64,000 nucleotides of DNA from Okamejei kenojei (GCA_035221665.1 CM069148.1:28768001-28832000), one strand, 5' to 3'; shown: positions 10,715 to 23,894, numbered from the stretch's first letter. Numbers and translations: made by a program. The notes: generated by a model from the sequence alone, not told the origin.

Positions 10715-13189
10715 GTGAGTTTAAACGAGTAGTTATGTACTTACGAGACTGTGACAGCCAAAGAAATCAGTCTTTCGATAATGATTAATGATATTTGCAG
10801 GAAATTGAAACGTGTCTTCACCACATGACTCCCTCCCCCCAGCAGCACGGGACCCCATCATTTGTCCATTACACGTACACATGCATGGGATTTAAGAGTG
10901 TTTTATACTTTCTAATTGTATCCATTCACTTGCCATCACGATCATTTGCTTTATCATGCCCACAATACCATTGAAAGTCGCACTAACACTTTACTTGGCA
11001 TGCTGTGGATCTAATACATGATGGATGTTCATTGCAGCTTTTTGGGCCTGTTTTCTCCCTGTAACCGACTGGAAGTACTTTGGTGGGAGGTAAATTGTTT
11101 TTTTTTCCCCCAATAGCAGCATGCTGAGGAGGGCAACCACAAATGACCTGTCCAACTTTGTGACCAGATTGTTAATACATTGACAAATATGACGTTTGAC
11201 ATCGAGCAGGCAGGGAAACAGTACTTTCTCTGATAATATTGTTTTACTAGCTTTGCTATCAATAGATGCAATGTGTATTATCAACAAAATTATTCCATGT
11301 ACAATGTTGTTCATAAAAAAAGTATATTCCCCACATTTATTGCTTTATTCCAATCAGGTCCTTGATTTTGTAAATGATCCTGTAGAAGAAATAAAAAATA
11401 ATCATCAAGCCAAGTTAGGAGGGAACATTTTAAAATAGCAAGTATTTTCAGTGAGATAATTATGAAAATTAAATGGATCTTGTGCCAAGCAAAAAGCATA
11501 GCTTGGACAAACTTGAGGCAAGTTTAGGATCACATGTTTTCTAAAAATAAAAGTAGGTTATGTATTTAGAGCGAACCATATCCTTTTACATGTGGATGAG
11601 GTATTTGCAATCACCACAGAACTTTATTGCCACATCATGTTCTCTTAATAGCTTGCCAAATGCTACATCATCAATGGTCTGTGACTAAATGCACTATAAC
11701 AAACAATTTTAAATAGCTCATGAAGGTCATTCATGCATATTTGCTTCTAGTGTCCTGTTCTTCTCTGGTGGAAAAAATAGTGAGAATATAGCCTTTTTTT
11801 TTCTTCTTCTGTGGTAAGCTGAGGGACAATTGTGTATACAGCAGAACTTGTAGTGTATGTAGTATTATGTTTCATTATTGAAATATTTTGTGTCAGAAAA
11901 TTTACACAAAGATTAACTTCTCGTCAAAATACTTCCTTGATATTAATTCTGAATCTTTATACTGCACATAAAACGCTATCTTAGAATTTTACCAATTTTA
12001 TTACTTGTAGTTAATTATGTACGAGAGCAATGTTATAAAACAGTATGAGTCTGCTTGTCCAAAATGTGATGATAATGGCATGCCCCTGCTGGACCTGTTA
12101 TGGGGATGACTTTATACTGACGCTGCATTTTTTAGATAGGCAGTAGATATAAGGAACTGCATATGCTGGTTTTCAAAAAAAAGACATAAAGTGCTGGAGA
12201 AAACTGTTATTCAGCAGCAGGCAGTATCTACGGAGAATAAGGATTTCACCACTGGATTTCTTTTGCCAGTCTTGTAGGTGCAGGGTTTAATATATTGGTG
12301 AATTGTTCAATTTGATTCAGTATAAAAATGCAAGAATGTGACTTGGAACAGCGGGTGGGTGTGTATGCATCTTGAAAGCACAAGTGCATCTGCATAAGGT
12401 GCCAAGAAGGTTTGGGGACACAGGGAAGGTGAAGGGTCATGGCAGGACTGCAGGTTTGCAGATTGGGGGTGTAACTAGGTACAAGATTGTTTTAACAGAC
12501 TTGGAGGAGTAACTCTAATTTTCTGGGCCAGACAAGTAACAGTGAAATTAATGCTCTGGGGTCTTGCTTCATAAGACCACAAGCTAACATTGGGGAGAGC
12601 ATGCATACCCTTTAATAATATATTCTTACATAGCGTGTACTATAATGCATGTCCTTGATTTTCACTTTAAAAAGTGTTCTAACACTTGGATCAGGTGCAA
12701 GCTTCGTTCATGCAACAACAAACCCTTGGGAAGGTTGCTACAATTGACAATCATTCCCCCCACACCTCCCCATTTCAGGGCCGCTAATTCTGCCCAGACA
12801 TCCTCAGAACCATGCCTCTTTACACAAGCTAATTGCTTATTACCATGAGCCAGCAGCACATTAAACATCATTGCAATGCATGAATTAGCAAGAAGGAGTC
12901 ATACAACGTGAGTTATTTATGAAACAAAACCACCCAGAGTGTGCTTAGCTTGACAGGGACTCTTTGCCACTGTCCACATTGCCAGGCTGTTCTCGGACCT
13001 AGGGTTTCCAAGTCCCTTTTGATTTCCCTGCCTCCTTTTGCTACAAGCTGAATAATTAACATCTGAAGTGACTCACAAACCTCCAACATTTTGTCGAATT
13101 ATTATTCCTTCCCCTTGGGTGATAATCCATTTCTGTGTTGAATAGCACTTAGAAGAAGTACTGAGGTTATCAAGAACTCAGATGGGTGG

Positions 13190-13700
13190 AGGAACTGGGT
13201 GGAGGAACTTCAGTATCCATCACTAAGTGTATCACAGCAACAACGTCACTGATCGAGCTGGTCAAGTCCTGAAGGACACAGCTGCCAGATCGAACCGGCA
13301 GCACTTGGTAAGAGAACCAACCCCAGGGGGAAAATCTACTCAGCCTTGCCCTCATCATTGTATCAGCTATCCATGACAGCAACGATAAGAGTAAACACTC
13401 AAACAATTACACTATGCCCTTTACTAGACACGTGGATAACATGATGGAATTTGTTGCACCTGACTAAATGAGTATGCTTGCAAAGGACATTAGAAAGTGC
13501 AAAGCCATCATAATCAAAACAGTTCAAGTCAAAGTCGGCCAACCTAAACTCACAGTCTCTTCCACAGGGAATGGTGGCTTCAGTCAGGGTATGCTGTCTG
13601 TTAAATGTACTGCAGCAAATTTCCCTCCCAACCGCTGTCACCCAGAGGGATAAGAGTGACAGCAACATGAGAGCAGTTCAGCTTATCAGATTCATGTCCA
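13190..13700 (+). mobile_element. Ancient CR1-clade LINE AP-endonuclease remnant
   Basis: Conceptual translation ...TDRAGQVLKDTAAR...LVREPTPG(E)NLL... resembles the APE 'VREPTRGxNxLDL' segment; many lesions. Confidence 0.6.
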
Positions 13701-15702
13701 GCCATTAAAATCATGAGGGTTGCTTTGGGCAAAAAACATGCTGGAAAAGCTAATGTAAAAATTGAAGTTTCTTGGGATATGGGATATAGTTATCATTATC
13801 AGATTGCTTAGAGTACTTATCTAGTTGATTTGTTTTACCATCATAACTTCAAAACACATTGGGAACTTAAAGGAATAAAAAATGTAATACACCTCCTGAG
13901 TAGCTCACCAAGTGTATCTTCCTCACAAATATGCTTGAGTTTGAGTAGGTAGCTTACTAGAACCTTCTCAAAAGTAATAGAGGCACTTGGCTGTCATCGG
14001 TCAAAGTATTGAGTGTTGAAGTTGGAATATGGGCCAAACCACAGGCAGGTGGAACTAGTGTAGATAGGTCATGTTGGTCGGTGTGAGCAGGTTGTGCTTG
14101 TTTCCACGCTGTCTGACTCTATAATTATGGAATGGCATTAAATGCTGCCTGTTAAAGCTTTAACACAATCAGGGAGCCTTAAGATATCAATAAGAATAGT
14201 TATTAGATTACTATCAAATGTTTCACATGACACATCTGCTAGATTTGAGCAAAGTGTTCTGTTGATTAAATACACATTTTGAGTTCCAATGCTAGGTTAT
14301 GTCTTTAAAACTGTCCAAAGAAGATTCAATGAATGATGTTGAGTCCATGATAGACCCGATTAAATGCAAACATTGTAAAGGCTGATGAAGCCAAATGATC
14401 TCCTGCTCTCTGTGTTCTTAGTGAAGCAAATATGGTTGGGAAGAGTTTGGAGCAACCTCAAAGTGATACAGTTGAGTCATATGATAGTTAAAACTATTAT
14501 CAGTGGTTTGGGTTTTTTTTTTAGTCGGATTAGAAATTTAATTTGACATGTTTTATAATGTCACTTGAAATGTTATCAAATACTGATGATGGAATGTTCT
14601 TGTTTTAGTGAAGAGAAATGTTGCAAAACGTAACTTTCCAGAGCATGTTGCAGTGTGATGAGAAGATATATGATGGAGCAGAACGTGCATGTTTAACAGA
14701 AATACACAGTGGCTCAAATTCACATTTTGTTCAAGATGAACGTATTAGAATAGCGTGATGTATTGGAATACTGACACTTTAAGCAAAACTATTCTCATAA
14801 TTCGGTAGTTTGCATTTTGCACACATTTTTATTGAAATTATCTTGTAATAGTAAAAAGATTAATCATTTCTCTAGGCAATAGAAGGGATATTGTAATTAT
14901 AAGAGTTGCTTAGGGCATAAGCATCCTGCAAAAGCTAGCATGAAGGATGAAGTTTCTTGCTGTAGTTCTCATCATCAGTTAACACTAACAACTTATCGAG
15001 TTGATTAGTTTTAAATTATGACCTGATTCTACAAAAAAAAGTAATTTGTGGATATTTAAATTCGCTCACTTTTTTGAGGGCATGACTATGAATGCTTAAT
15101 AGTATGGGGTGAGCATATTTTGCATATCAGATATCACAGTATAGCTATTTTGTTTAACCCAGTTTAAATTCCCACTTCAATTGTGCTTCACTCCTTCTTC
15201 AATGAGTATTGTTTGGTGGGAACTAAAACATTTTTACATTTGTACTGTCTAAGGATATTGCATTTAGTCATCTGAGGCTCACGGAACAAGGCAAACACTT
15301 GGCATTTACATTTAATTATGCAGTACTTTAGCCATTGTAAAAATTCCCAATTTCACTTTAATTGAAAGGAAAGGCTAATGGAGTTCAACTTCAGAGTAAA
15401 GATGACACTGTGAGTCCAGGGTGAACCACAGCTTAATTAATTACATTTTATAGGAATAAAGGTTAGCCTCACTATAAAAAAGCAGTTGAACTATTTGCTG
15501 AATAAGGCTGATTTTGGAGAAGTCAGTTTTATGAAAAATGAGGAGTGATCATAATCTCTTTATTGGGCCAGGTTATGTTAGATCTGGTTGGCCACAGATC
15601 TACCTCTGCAACCTCATCCTCCTGTGGGCCTGATAGGAAATTCAATCACAAGAACATAGGAAAGTAAGAGCAGGAATAGACTACCAGTCACCTCAACTGG
15701 AC

Positions 15703-15975
15703 AGCACTGTGCCACGGCGGTAGAGTTGCTGCCTTACATCACCAGAGACCCAGTTTCGGTCCTGACTGTAGGTGCTGTCTGTACGGAGTTTGTACGTTCT
15801 CCCTGTGACCGCAGTGGTTTTCTCCGGGTACTCTAATTTCCTCCCGCACATAGTTTGTGGGTTAATTGGCTATGGTAAAATTGCAAATTGTCCTTATTTT
15901 GTTTGGGATAGTGCTCGTGTACTGAGTAATCACTAGTCGGTACATACTGGATGGGCCTAAGGGCCTTTTTCCGCT
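15703..15975 (+). mobile_element. HE1-type V-SINE
   Basis: Same head, V-domain and tail as 8579-8866. Confidence 0.85.
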
Positions 15976-16338
15976 CTCATCCAACAAATCTTCCAATGTT
16001 ACTACAGGTATATTGCATTTCTTGGATAGCAGTGTACAGTGTCCAAGTGTGTCCTCAATTGCAGTCTCTCACTATTTAGATAATAATTCCCCTTTTGATT
16101 CCTCCTGCCTAACTCCGTGACCTCGCAATTGCCCAATTTAAAATCTATTAGCCCAATCACTCTATCTATCAATATCCCATGACAGAATTATAATGGTCTC
16201 ATCAAAACACATCCTTTACCTATTTTAATGCAGGATTTCCTCAATCTGAGTTGTATGGCGAAGTCTCAGCAACAACTAGTCCTCAGGTGGTGTAGTTAGA
16301 AGTCCTCTCTCAGAGTGCCTCCCACATGGCATTGGAGA

Positions 16339-16490
16339 GAAACATAGAAACATAGAAAATAGGTGCAGGAGTAGGTCATCCAGCTCTTCGAGCCAGCACC
16401 GCCATTCAATATGATCATGGCTGATTATCCAAAATCAGTACCGCATTCCTGCTTTCTCCCCATATCCCTTGATTCCGTTAGCCCTAAGAG
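16339..16490 (-). mobile_element. CR1/HER1 LINE 3' end
   Basis: AAACATAGAAAATAGGTGCAGG...CGAGCCAGCACC is nearly identical to 27900-28040. Confidence 0.85.
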
Positions 16491-16888
16491 TCCGAAGATG
16501 AAGTTGGTAACAGAGCTTTGACTCCTGTCAAAGATGTCGAGAAAGTTAACCTTTTTTTTAAATATTACTAAGAATAAAGTAATTAAATCAATAATGTTTC
16601 TGAAACGACTGTAGTCTGACCAGGTCTGGGGAATGATATTGGGTTCCACCATTGGGATCAATGTGAAGCCGCAGAGTGTACTGGCATTCACAGTGTTGTT
16701 CATCGGTCTAACATTCAGACTCCCATGTGACAGTCCATGCATGTACATCCAAGACGTGAGAGTGAACAGCTATAGGTCAGTGGTTCCAATTGGAACTGCA
16801 AACTGCAGTCCAGTAAGTTCCCATTCCATTATTTTTTCCAAACGTGTTATGTTAATAGTTCCTGTTCCTTTTAAACCTTAACACAACA

Positions 16889-17020
16889 ACTCTGTGAAAC
16901 TGCAAACATACTGGCAACCAAGTTCATCATCTTAATTTGGCTCTACAACAATGAATGTAACATGAATGTGCTGTCAGGAACAATCACTTGGTTGCCAGTA
17001 TGTTTACAGTTTCACAGAGT
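16889..17020. repeat. 35-bp inverted repeat (34/35 paired) with 62-bp spacer
   Basis: Arms 16889-16923 and 16986-17020 compared base by base; the single mismatch is C16903/A17006. Confidence 0.95.
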
Positions 17021-17589
17021 GTAGTTGCACTTACACTCGCGAATCGTAGACAGTTCAGAGCCTGACTTGGTTATCATTGACCTTCCAGGAACAAAATAGG
17101 TAGAAAGAAAACAAGTGATTATGATAGAACTTTATTTATCCCAGGAGGGATTATTTTATTTTATTATAGGCACTAAAGACAGCTGATGTCACTTCCTGAC
17201 AGCACAAAGCAACATTGGCTGATGTCTGTTAAGTTCTTTTAATAGTTGCTGTTCCTTTTACACCTTAACTTACAACACTATAGCACAGGAACAGGCCCAC
17301 AATGTCTGTACTGATCATGATGTTATGTTAAACTAATCAATGCCTGCACGTGATCTATGGTCCTCCATATTCATGCCATAGCAAAGGTCATGAGCTTAAA
17401 CACTCAATACCTTTCCGTGACAATTCCTTGAGTGAGCTATGGGGAGGGGGCAAAGAATTAAAAGCTGTTATACTGCATACATTCATACTAAGATATAGGA
17501 CTATCTTTAATCAAACTTTACTGGACTTGAACTCTAATCCTATATCTTTACACTGTTTGATTCTAAGGTGTAAATTAACTAAACATTTT

Positions 17590-17885
17590 GGGGAGCATAG
17601 TGATGCCCCAATAGAGCCGCAGCCTTACAGTTCCAGAGACCCAGTTTCAATCCTGACTTTGGGTGCTGTCTGTACAGAGTTTGCAAGTTCTCCTTGAGAC
17701 CACATGGGTTTTTTCCAGGTGCTTCGGTTTCCTCCCACATTCCAAAGATGTGCAGGTTCGAGGTTTCTGTAAATTGTCCATCGTGTGTAGGATGAGAAAG
17801 TGGGATAAGATACAGCCAGTGATAGATGGTCAGCAGGACTAAGTGGGCCGGAGGGCCTGTTTCCAGGCTATATCTCTAAACTATT
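17590..17885 (+). mobile_element. HE1-type V-SINE
   Basis: Head, V-domain and TATCTCTAAACT tail are recognisable. Confidence 0.85.
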
Positions 17886-18603
17886 ACACTCCATTAAAAT
17901 AAAGTTACAAAAACAAAGACTGTCCTCTTTATCAGTGAAGGTTAGCAAACTCATTCAGATGAATGGGGTTATGCTAATGATTTGTGTATCCAAATTGTAT
18001 CCGACATGTGGCTCAGTGTGTGACTGAACAAGATATTAGAGGAGCCCAAATGTGACTTCCAGCATCTTTTGTATGTATGCATCCTGATGCTCATGGTGCA
18101 GCCAGAGGTGGTTGTACAGGGAATCGCTGTTTGACTGGCTGTGCAGATGAATCCAGAGTAAAAATATTTTTAAAGGGGATATTGCCTTGTATATTATTCA
18201 TCATTTCCAGTTGCCAATTAAATTGATACTTGCAGTTTTTCATCTAGTTTATAAATTTGCTTTATTTATTTAAGAATCACCTTGCTTATCTGCAGGAACT
18301 CATTGCTGTGTTTTTTTTGCTAGTATTTTCTTCCAATCTGTGATGTGTTTGTTGTCTATATTTGATACAATCCTTTCTCTTAGAGTGTTTGCATCCACAG
18401 ACTCATGTTCTCCTGTGGTCATCTTCGAATTCTTTTCTGAGCTCTGCTTCCTCATTTGCAAATATTTCCTTCAACAACATTATCAACATGTAACAGTGTG
18501 ACAAGCTTCCTTAGGTTTGTTGATAGATCTCTCTATGTCTGCCACTGCATTAGTTTCAGGTTGCTTACCTGCAGTTGAGTTAAGTCAGGAAGGAATTAGA
18601 ATA

Positions 18604-18788
18604 TGTAGGAAGGAACTTCAGATGCTGGTTTACACCGAAGATAGACACAAAAAGCTGGAGTAACTCAGCGGGTCAGACAGCATCTCTGGAGAGAAGGAAT
18701 GGGTGACATTTCCGAAACATCACCGATTCCGTTTCTCCAGAGATGCTGTCTGACCCGCTGAGTTACACCAACTTTTTGTGTCTATCTG
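18604..18788. mobile_element. Penelope-derived fold-back element with 13-bp TSD
   Basis: AGGAATTAGAATA at 18591-18603 and 18789-18801; ~73-bp inverted arms with almost no loop. Confidence 0.85.
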
Positions 18789-19974
18789 AGGAATTAGAAT
18801 ACATTTCAGCTGAACATGTGGCTAAGGTAAAGGTACGTTTGACTTCCAAAACACCTGTAGTTTTATCCTCAACTTCGTTGTCCTGTTGTTACCTGCTTTC
18901 TAACACCTGAGTTCAACCATAAGCTGAGCTTCAAGCCTAACATTGGGTCAAGATTGCTTTCATCCAGCTCAGTTAATTGAGGTACATCCAACCTTGGTTC
19001 TGCCATTGCTCAGCTATTGACGTGTACTCTTTGTTATCTTAAGCTTCTTAATACTCTTTTGCCTCAAGCTGTTTCCTTTATAAACACTTTGTTCTCTGTC
19101 ATGGGCAGTACAGTGCTATGCACTTCTTGTCTTCCAACCCGCCTATCTCCGTCCATTTTGTTGTTTACCAATACTTCCTCGTCTTCAACAGATCCTTTCT
19201 CTTCACTCTTCTCCAGCCTTACATCCCATCTGCTCTGGTTGACTCTTCATCTTCTATCACTATATAATATAGTGGATTCATGGCCTCTGGCTGCCTTGAC
19301 TTTATTCCCAGGAAGATTTTCATTGAATCTCTCTCTTGCTACTTTCTTATACTGCTTATTGCTAAAATATGTTGTTGCAATCATCTCTTTCACTTTTTCT
19401 ATTGCTTCTCAACATCTTGTAGTGTTTTGATATTGGCATAAAATAACTTTGAGTTTATTATATATTACAGCAAAACATCAGTGCAAAGGTAGATTGAGAA
19501 TCCAATTTGAGTGATGGATTTATGCATAGCTTTTTTTTAAATTATAATGGCTGTACTCTTAAAAAATACAAAGTGTGACTCCAAAGAAAGTGAGAATCTT
19601 AAGCAGCCTATCAGTGTGGATGACTTGTTCTGAAGCTTGTGATCACAGTAAGATGGCTTTCTTTGGATAATGATTTTAGAGACATTAATAAATCTCTAAG
19701 GAATTAAGTGAAGCTCATTAGCCTTTTTTTAGTGTATTTATTTCAGACTGAAACACTATTGTGTTTTGCTGCTCAGTTGGGATGAGATTTTCTACACCTC
19801 TAACAATCTGTAAACTTATATAAACTTACAATACACCTGTATGTTCAAGTGATTTCTGATATCAAAAAAGGCCGTTTACAGTAGTGTTGGGATCTTATAC
19901 ATTTAAACATACCATTGCAACCTTAAGATCAGCTCCTGATAACTCTTGCACTCCAGAAATTGATGTTCAATATA

Positions 19975-20400
19975 CAACTGGGAGGAAAAAACTAACTGGG
20001 GGAACTCAGCAGGTCAGGTGGTATCTGTGGAGGGAAATTGACACATGATGTTTTGGGGCAGGATCCTTCTTCAGACTGCTGAAATAGAGAGGAGGTAGCT
20101 GGTAGGATAGGGGGAGTGGCAGGAGTTGGTAAGTGAAAGGTGGATCCAGGAAAGGGTGGATTGGCGCATGAGCCAAGTTGTGGAACGAAGGGTTGAGATG
20201 GTAACAAAGGTGGAGGTGATAAGTGGAGAAGACAAAAGGCTGCAAGTAATGGAATCTGATACGTTTTGAAGATGGGGAATGAAAAATGGAACCAGAGGGA
20301 TGGATGGTGGGAAGAAGAGAACAGGGGGAAGGGTTCAGTGTTTGGGTGTGTGTTCCAGTTTGTGTGTTGCTTCACTCTGGCAGTAGAGGACGAGGGCAGT
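19975..20400 (-). mobile_element. Penelope-like element 3' region/pLTR remnant
   Basis: pLTR unit followed by a purine-rich tract, same layout as 51034-51745. Confidence 0.6.
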
Positions 20401-22926
20401 CTCTTGTCCCTGAATGACTGAGAGGATCTGTATAAATTTATGTGGTCCTGGCAGCACAGGGCTTTCTGTTAACAATTTCACACATTTATTACTGCATTTA
20501 CATAAAAGGTCCAGAATGTAATGTGTGTGTCCTCCATTTTGATATTAATCTCTATGCATTCTATCCAACCCATGTGTATAATTGCCATTCAGAGCCACAT
20601 TGATCCCCCATCAAACTTAGTGCTGCTTTGTGAGTTGCTGTTTATTATCACCTCTCTCATATCTGCACTGTTTTAAGTAGTAGAGGCAACCAAGAACATG
20701 CCTGATGAATGTCACTCTGATTTACTACCAGAATTTAAAGTGCGTGCGTGTTTGCATGAAAAGTTGTTTTGGGAGTGGGTCACCGATGTTTACTTTGCCT
20801 TAAAGCTTTGGAAATTATAAAGAGCTGTGTGAACACAAAATTTAAATTTGATAATCAATATTTGGCACCCTAAAATGCAAAAACAGTACATTGTTGCAGC
20901 GGTAACTGAAATCTGACTTTATACTTCTGTCAGTTTTATAACATTTCAGAGCTGAAATGAGCTTCACATTGAGTCTCAATAGGCCCATTGCAATGTACTC
21001 CTCTAACCCACACCATTTATTGAGCAAGTAATCTTTGTTGCACGCTCTGGCTTTGTAGATTCTGCTTAATTCAGATCTTCATGAAAATTGATATTAAAAG
21101 TGTCTGTGTGTGATCTTGCAAACATTTTGAGTGTCTTCTAATACTTTTGCAGATGCTTTCAGACAGTTGAGAAGCTGTGTGGGAAATGAAATGAAAGGAA
21201 TTTCAACAATGGTGTGCCCAATTTAAAAGAAATATTAATTCAAAATCAGAATTTATGTTTGAGACAAAGTTATAAACGTTCATGTATGGGAAGCAGACAT
21301 TACAGCATTAGATAATCATCGTCTATAATTGATAACAGATTCTGCAGTTCTTAATTAATCAAATGGTGGATCGTTTCTCATTGAACATAGTAATGTGTAA
21401 CAATTCTTTGATCTTTTTAGTTTAAATATTTAATTCTATTACTTGAACATATTCACACTATTGCACTGTTTGTCCTATCCTGCACTGATAAACTCGTACA
21501 AACACAAAACCAAATCTTAAATAGAGGATAGGATAGGGTTTAAGTCATACGATGGATGGTAGCACAATTACTGCTCTGCCTTCCTGCTGTGAGACATTTT
21601 GTGATATTTACTGTAAATGAGATGCTCTTGAGCAATTGGGTTTTATTGACTGAGTTTCCCGTTCGAATGTAACAAAGTCCCACCTGAGTATGTACAATGC
21701 CTGACATGGAAGGTGTTTCATTTCTTATCACCTTTGCCCTTGACCACCGGGAGTAGAATGTGTTGGCTGGAACTTTCTGTATCCTTTTATTTATATATAA
21801 AATTCCAACAGTTATTCCTAAAATTAATATATGAGTTGTTCTCATCTTCTCAAGAAAACTGGAATTGTACGTGTATCTCTCACCACTCTGAGATGCCAAA
21901 GTAATGCGGTGTTAAAATAGGACAATCAGCATTATTCAGTTATGAATAACAGTAGAATGTTTCTGAGCTCACGTGAAAACAACCAAGCTGAAGAGAATAT
22001 ATGCAATTGAAGCTCATCGCATTAGTTATAACAAGGCAAACTTTACAGGGAGGTCGCTTCCCTTGAGTGAATATAGGTCCTTCTCTAATAAATACTTAAG
22101 TGGATCAAAGAGTCTTCAAGTTCAAACACTGACTTTCTTTTTAAACCTTATATCTTCCACAGGTATTAAAAGGCCTTTGAAAAATAAGGTATTAACACTC
22201 ATTTTCAGATACTATTTCCATTAATAGAGAAAAACCAAAGGTCAATCATCCTCTGAAAAACAGCAGTTAACTGTCTACATATATCTTTCTCTCTCTCTCT
22301 AATTTATATTCTGTTGTCATTGATCTCTTTGTACAGCCACACTAAGGATATTAAGACTGGTTCAATCTTGCCCTAATTTCACGGGTTTTCTCCCTACATG
22401 TAACATTAACACAGATGCCATTGTATTGTCCAGAAAAGCCACATGCTTGAGACGTTTAATGACATGAATGAGCAACTCTACATGCCGAATAGTAAGACTC
22501 TGGAGACGCATTGATTTCCATTTGCCTTGCCTGTGTGCAAATGTGCTCGCAACAAATCATTTCTGTAAATAAATGTTTGTGACTCCAAGGTTTAGCTGTC
22601 TGACGTCCTAACTATTTTAATCCTAATGCTGATCGCCTGCCTTCCTGAAACAGGTTTTTGTCTAGTAACCCTAAGCTCCATATACCTCAAGGTGCTTTTT
22701 TGAGGAACCTTGCTGTGTTCTAATAACCAGTGAAAACCTAATGCATTGTGTGATGAGGCAGGAGTGAGAATAAGTATAATTGAAATCAGTTGCTAATGCT
22801 GTGTTGTAATTGTGTGGTGATAAGGAAAAGATGCTTACTTGTCAGTAACTATGTGTTAATGATCTATGAGTCCAAAACCAGGCGTCCAACACACTCGAGA
22901 CGCATAGATGGACTTCACTGCAGGTT

Positions 22927-23010
22927 GGCTAACTCTGCTTTGCTTTGTGTTTTTCTCCCTTTACTCTATCTTTCCGCTCTTTCCTTCTGGCCCCCCCGCT
23001 GTTCTGTTAG
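22927..23010 (+). promoter_or_regulatory. Distant branch point and extended polypyrimidine tract of the gamma exon
   Basis: GGCTAAC with putative branch A at 22932, 78 nt from the acceptor; no AG dinucleotide in 22924-23008. Confidence 0.6.
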
Positions 23011-23373
23011 CTTGGATGAGCCATCTTTGTCAGCAGCCTCCACGCTAGAACACATATCCACTCCGCCAGGGGACCAACCGTCGAAATGCCCACGACCTCG
23101 GACGCTGCAGAGGCAGCAGAGCCTCCAGCAGCCATTGCAGCAGCATAGACCTACCCACCACCAGCCTGCCACCAGCCAGAGCCTCGGGCAGCTTCAGTTC
23201 CAGCAGCAGACAACCTCGGGCAGCCGGTCTCCCTACAGAGCCCAGCAAAGGGCGGGCTGTACAGCAAGCACGCGCAGTCGCACGGCAGGCGGACGCAGCC
23301 GTTCCAATCCCGGGAGCTGGGACTACGTCATGGGACAGCTCCGTAATCGAGGGTTAGATATGAAGTCTTTCCT
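23011..23373 (+). CDS. SYT7: Synaptotagmin-7 alternative linker exon (121 aa, 'gamma' insert)
   Basis: Long pyrimidine tract + TAG acceptor at 23008-23010; GTAAGT donor at 23374. Length 363 nt, phase 2/2. Translates LDEPSLSAASTLE...KCPRPRTLQRQQSLQQPL...GGRSRSNPGSWDYVMGQLRNRGLDMKSFL, matching the recalled Syt7 gamma insert. Confidence 0.95.
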
Positions 23374-23894
23374 GTAAGTCTCTCTTCTTTCTTCCTTCCA
23401 ACTCAAAGCAGAATTCTTCCCCCTTCTAATGAAGTTTTTTTTTAAACCTGGTCGGGACCCGTGAAACCCCTTTCAATTCCCAGCCAGGTTCTGCACTCCT
23501 TGTCCACCGCAGTATGGTTTGACATGTTTTGTGCAAAATTCATGAAACGTGGGTTTGTGCAGGAGATAATCGGAAGAAATAAGTTTTATGTTCTGAATTG
23601 CAGGACCTGCTGGATCAATCATCGTGTCTAATGAAGAGAACCACGCTGTAATGTTAACATGTTAAAATGAAGGAGAACTTCAGTTCAAGTCTAATGATTC
23701 AATGATACTTTAATGTCACATGTACCGAGGTACAATGAAATTCTTTGTGTTATACATGCAACACACAAAGTACACAAAAGAGTCGCCACATTTCAGGCAC
23801 CAACAAAGTTACTAAAACTACACATTAGAGTCATATTGGTCCCTCTTCGTTTTCTCGGGTATAAAATGCTGGTATTGCTTTTGCCAATGTCCAA

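Noticed and set aside
16425-16881. ORFs next to the 35-bp hairpin as a captured or viral gene
   Set aside because: I recognise no domain, a stop interrupts the extended minus-strand frame, and one end runs into CR1 sequence.
22790-23377. 195-aa ORF as a standalone gene
   Set aside because: Only 23011-23373 is coding (a SYT7 exon). The upstream part is branch point and pyrimidine tract, and the stop is the TAA inside the GTAAGT donor.
10030-23377. In-frame stop codons immediately after three cassette donors, read as dedicated truncation signals
   Set aside because: This follows automatically from phase-2 GT(A/G)AGT donors; I see no independent evidence for intron retention or nearby poly(A) use.
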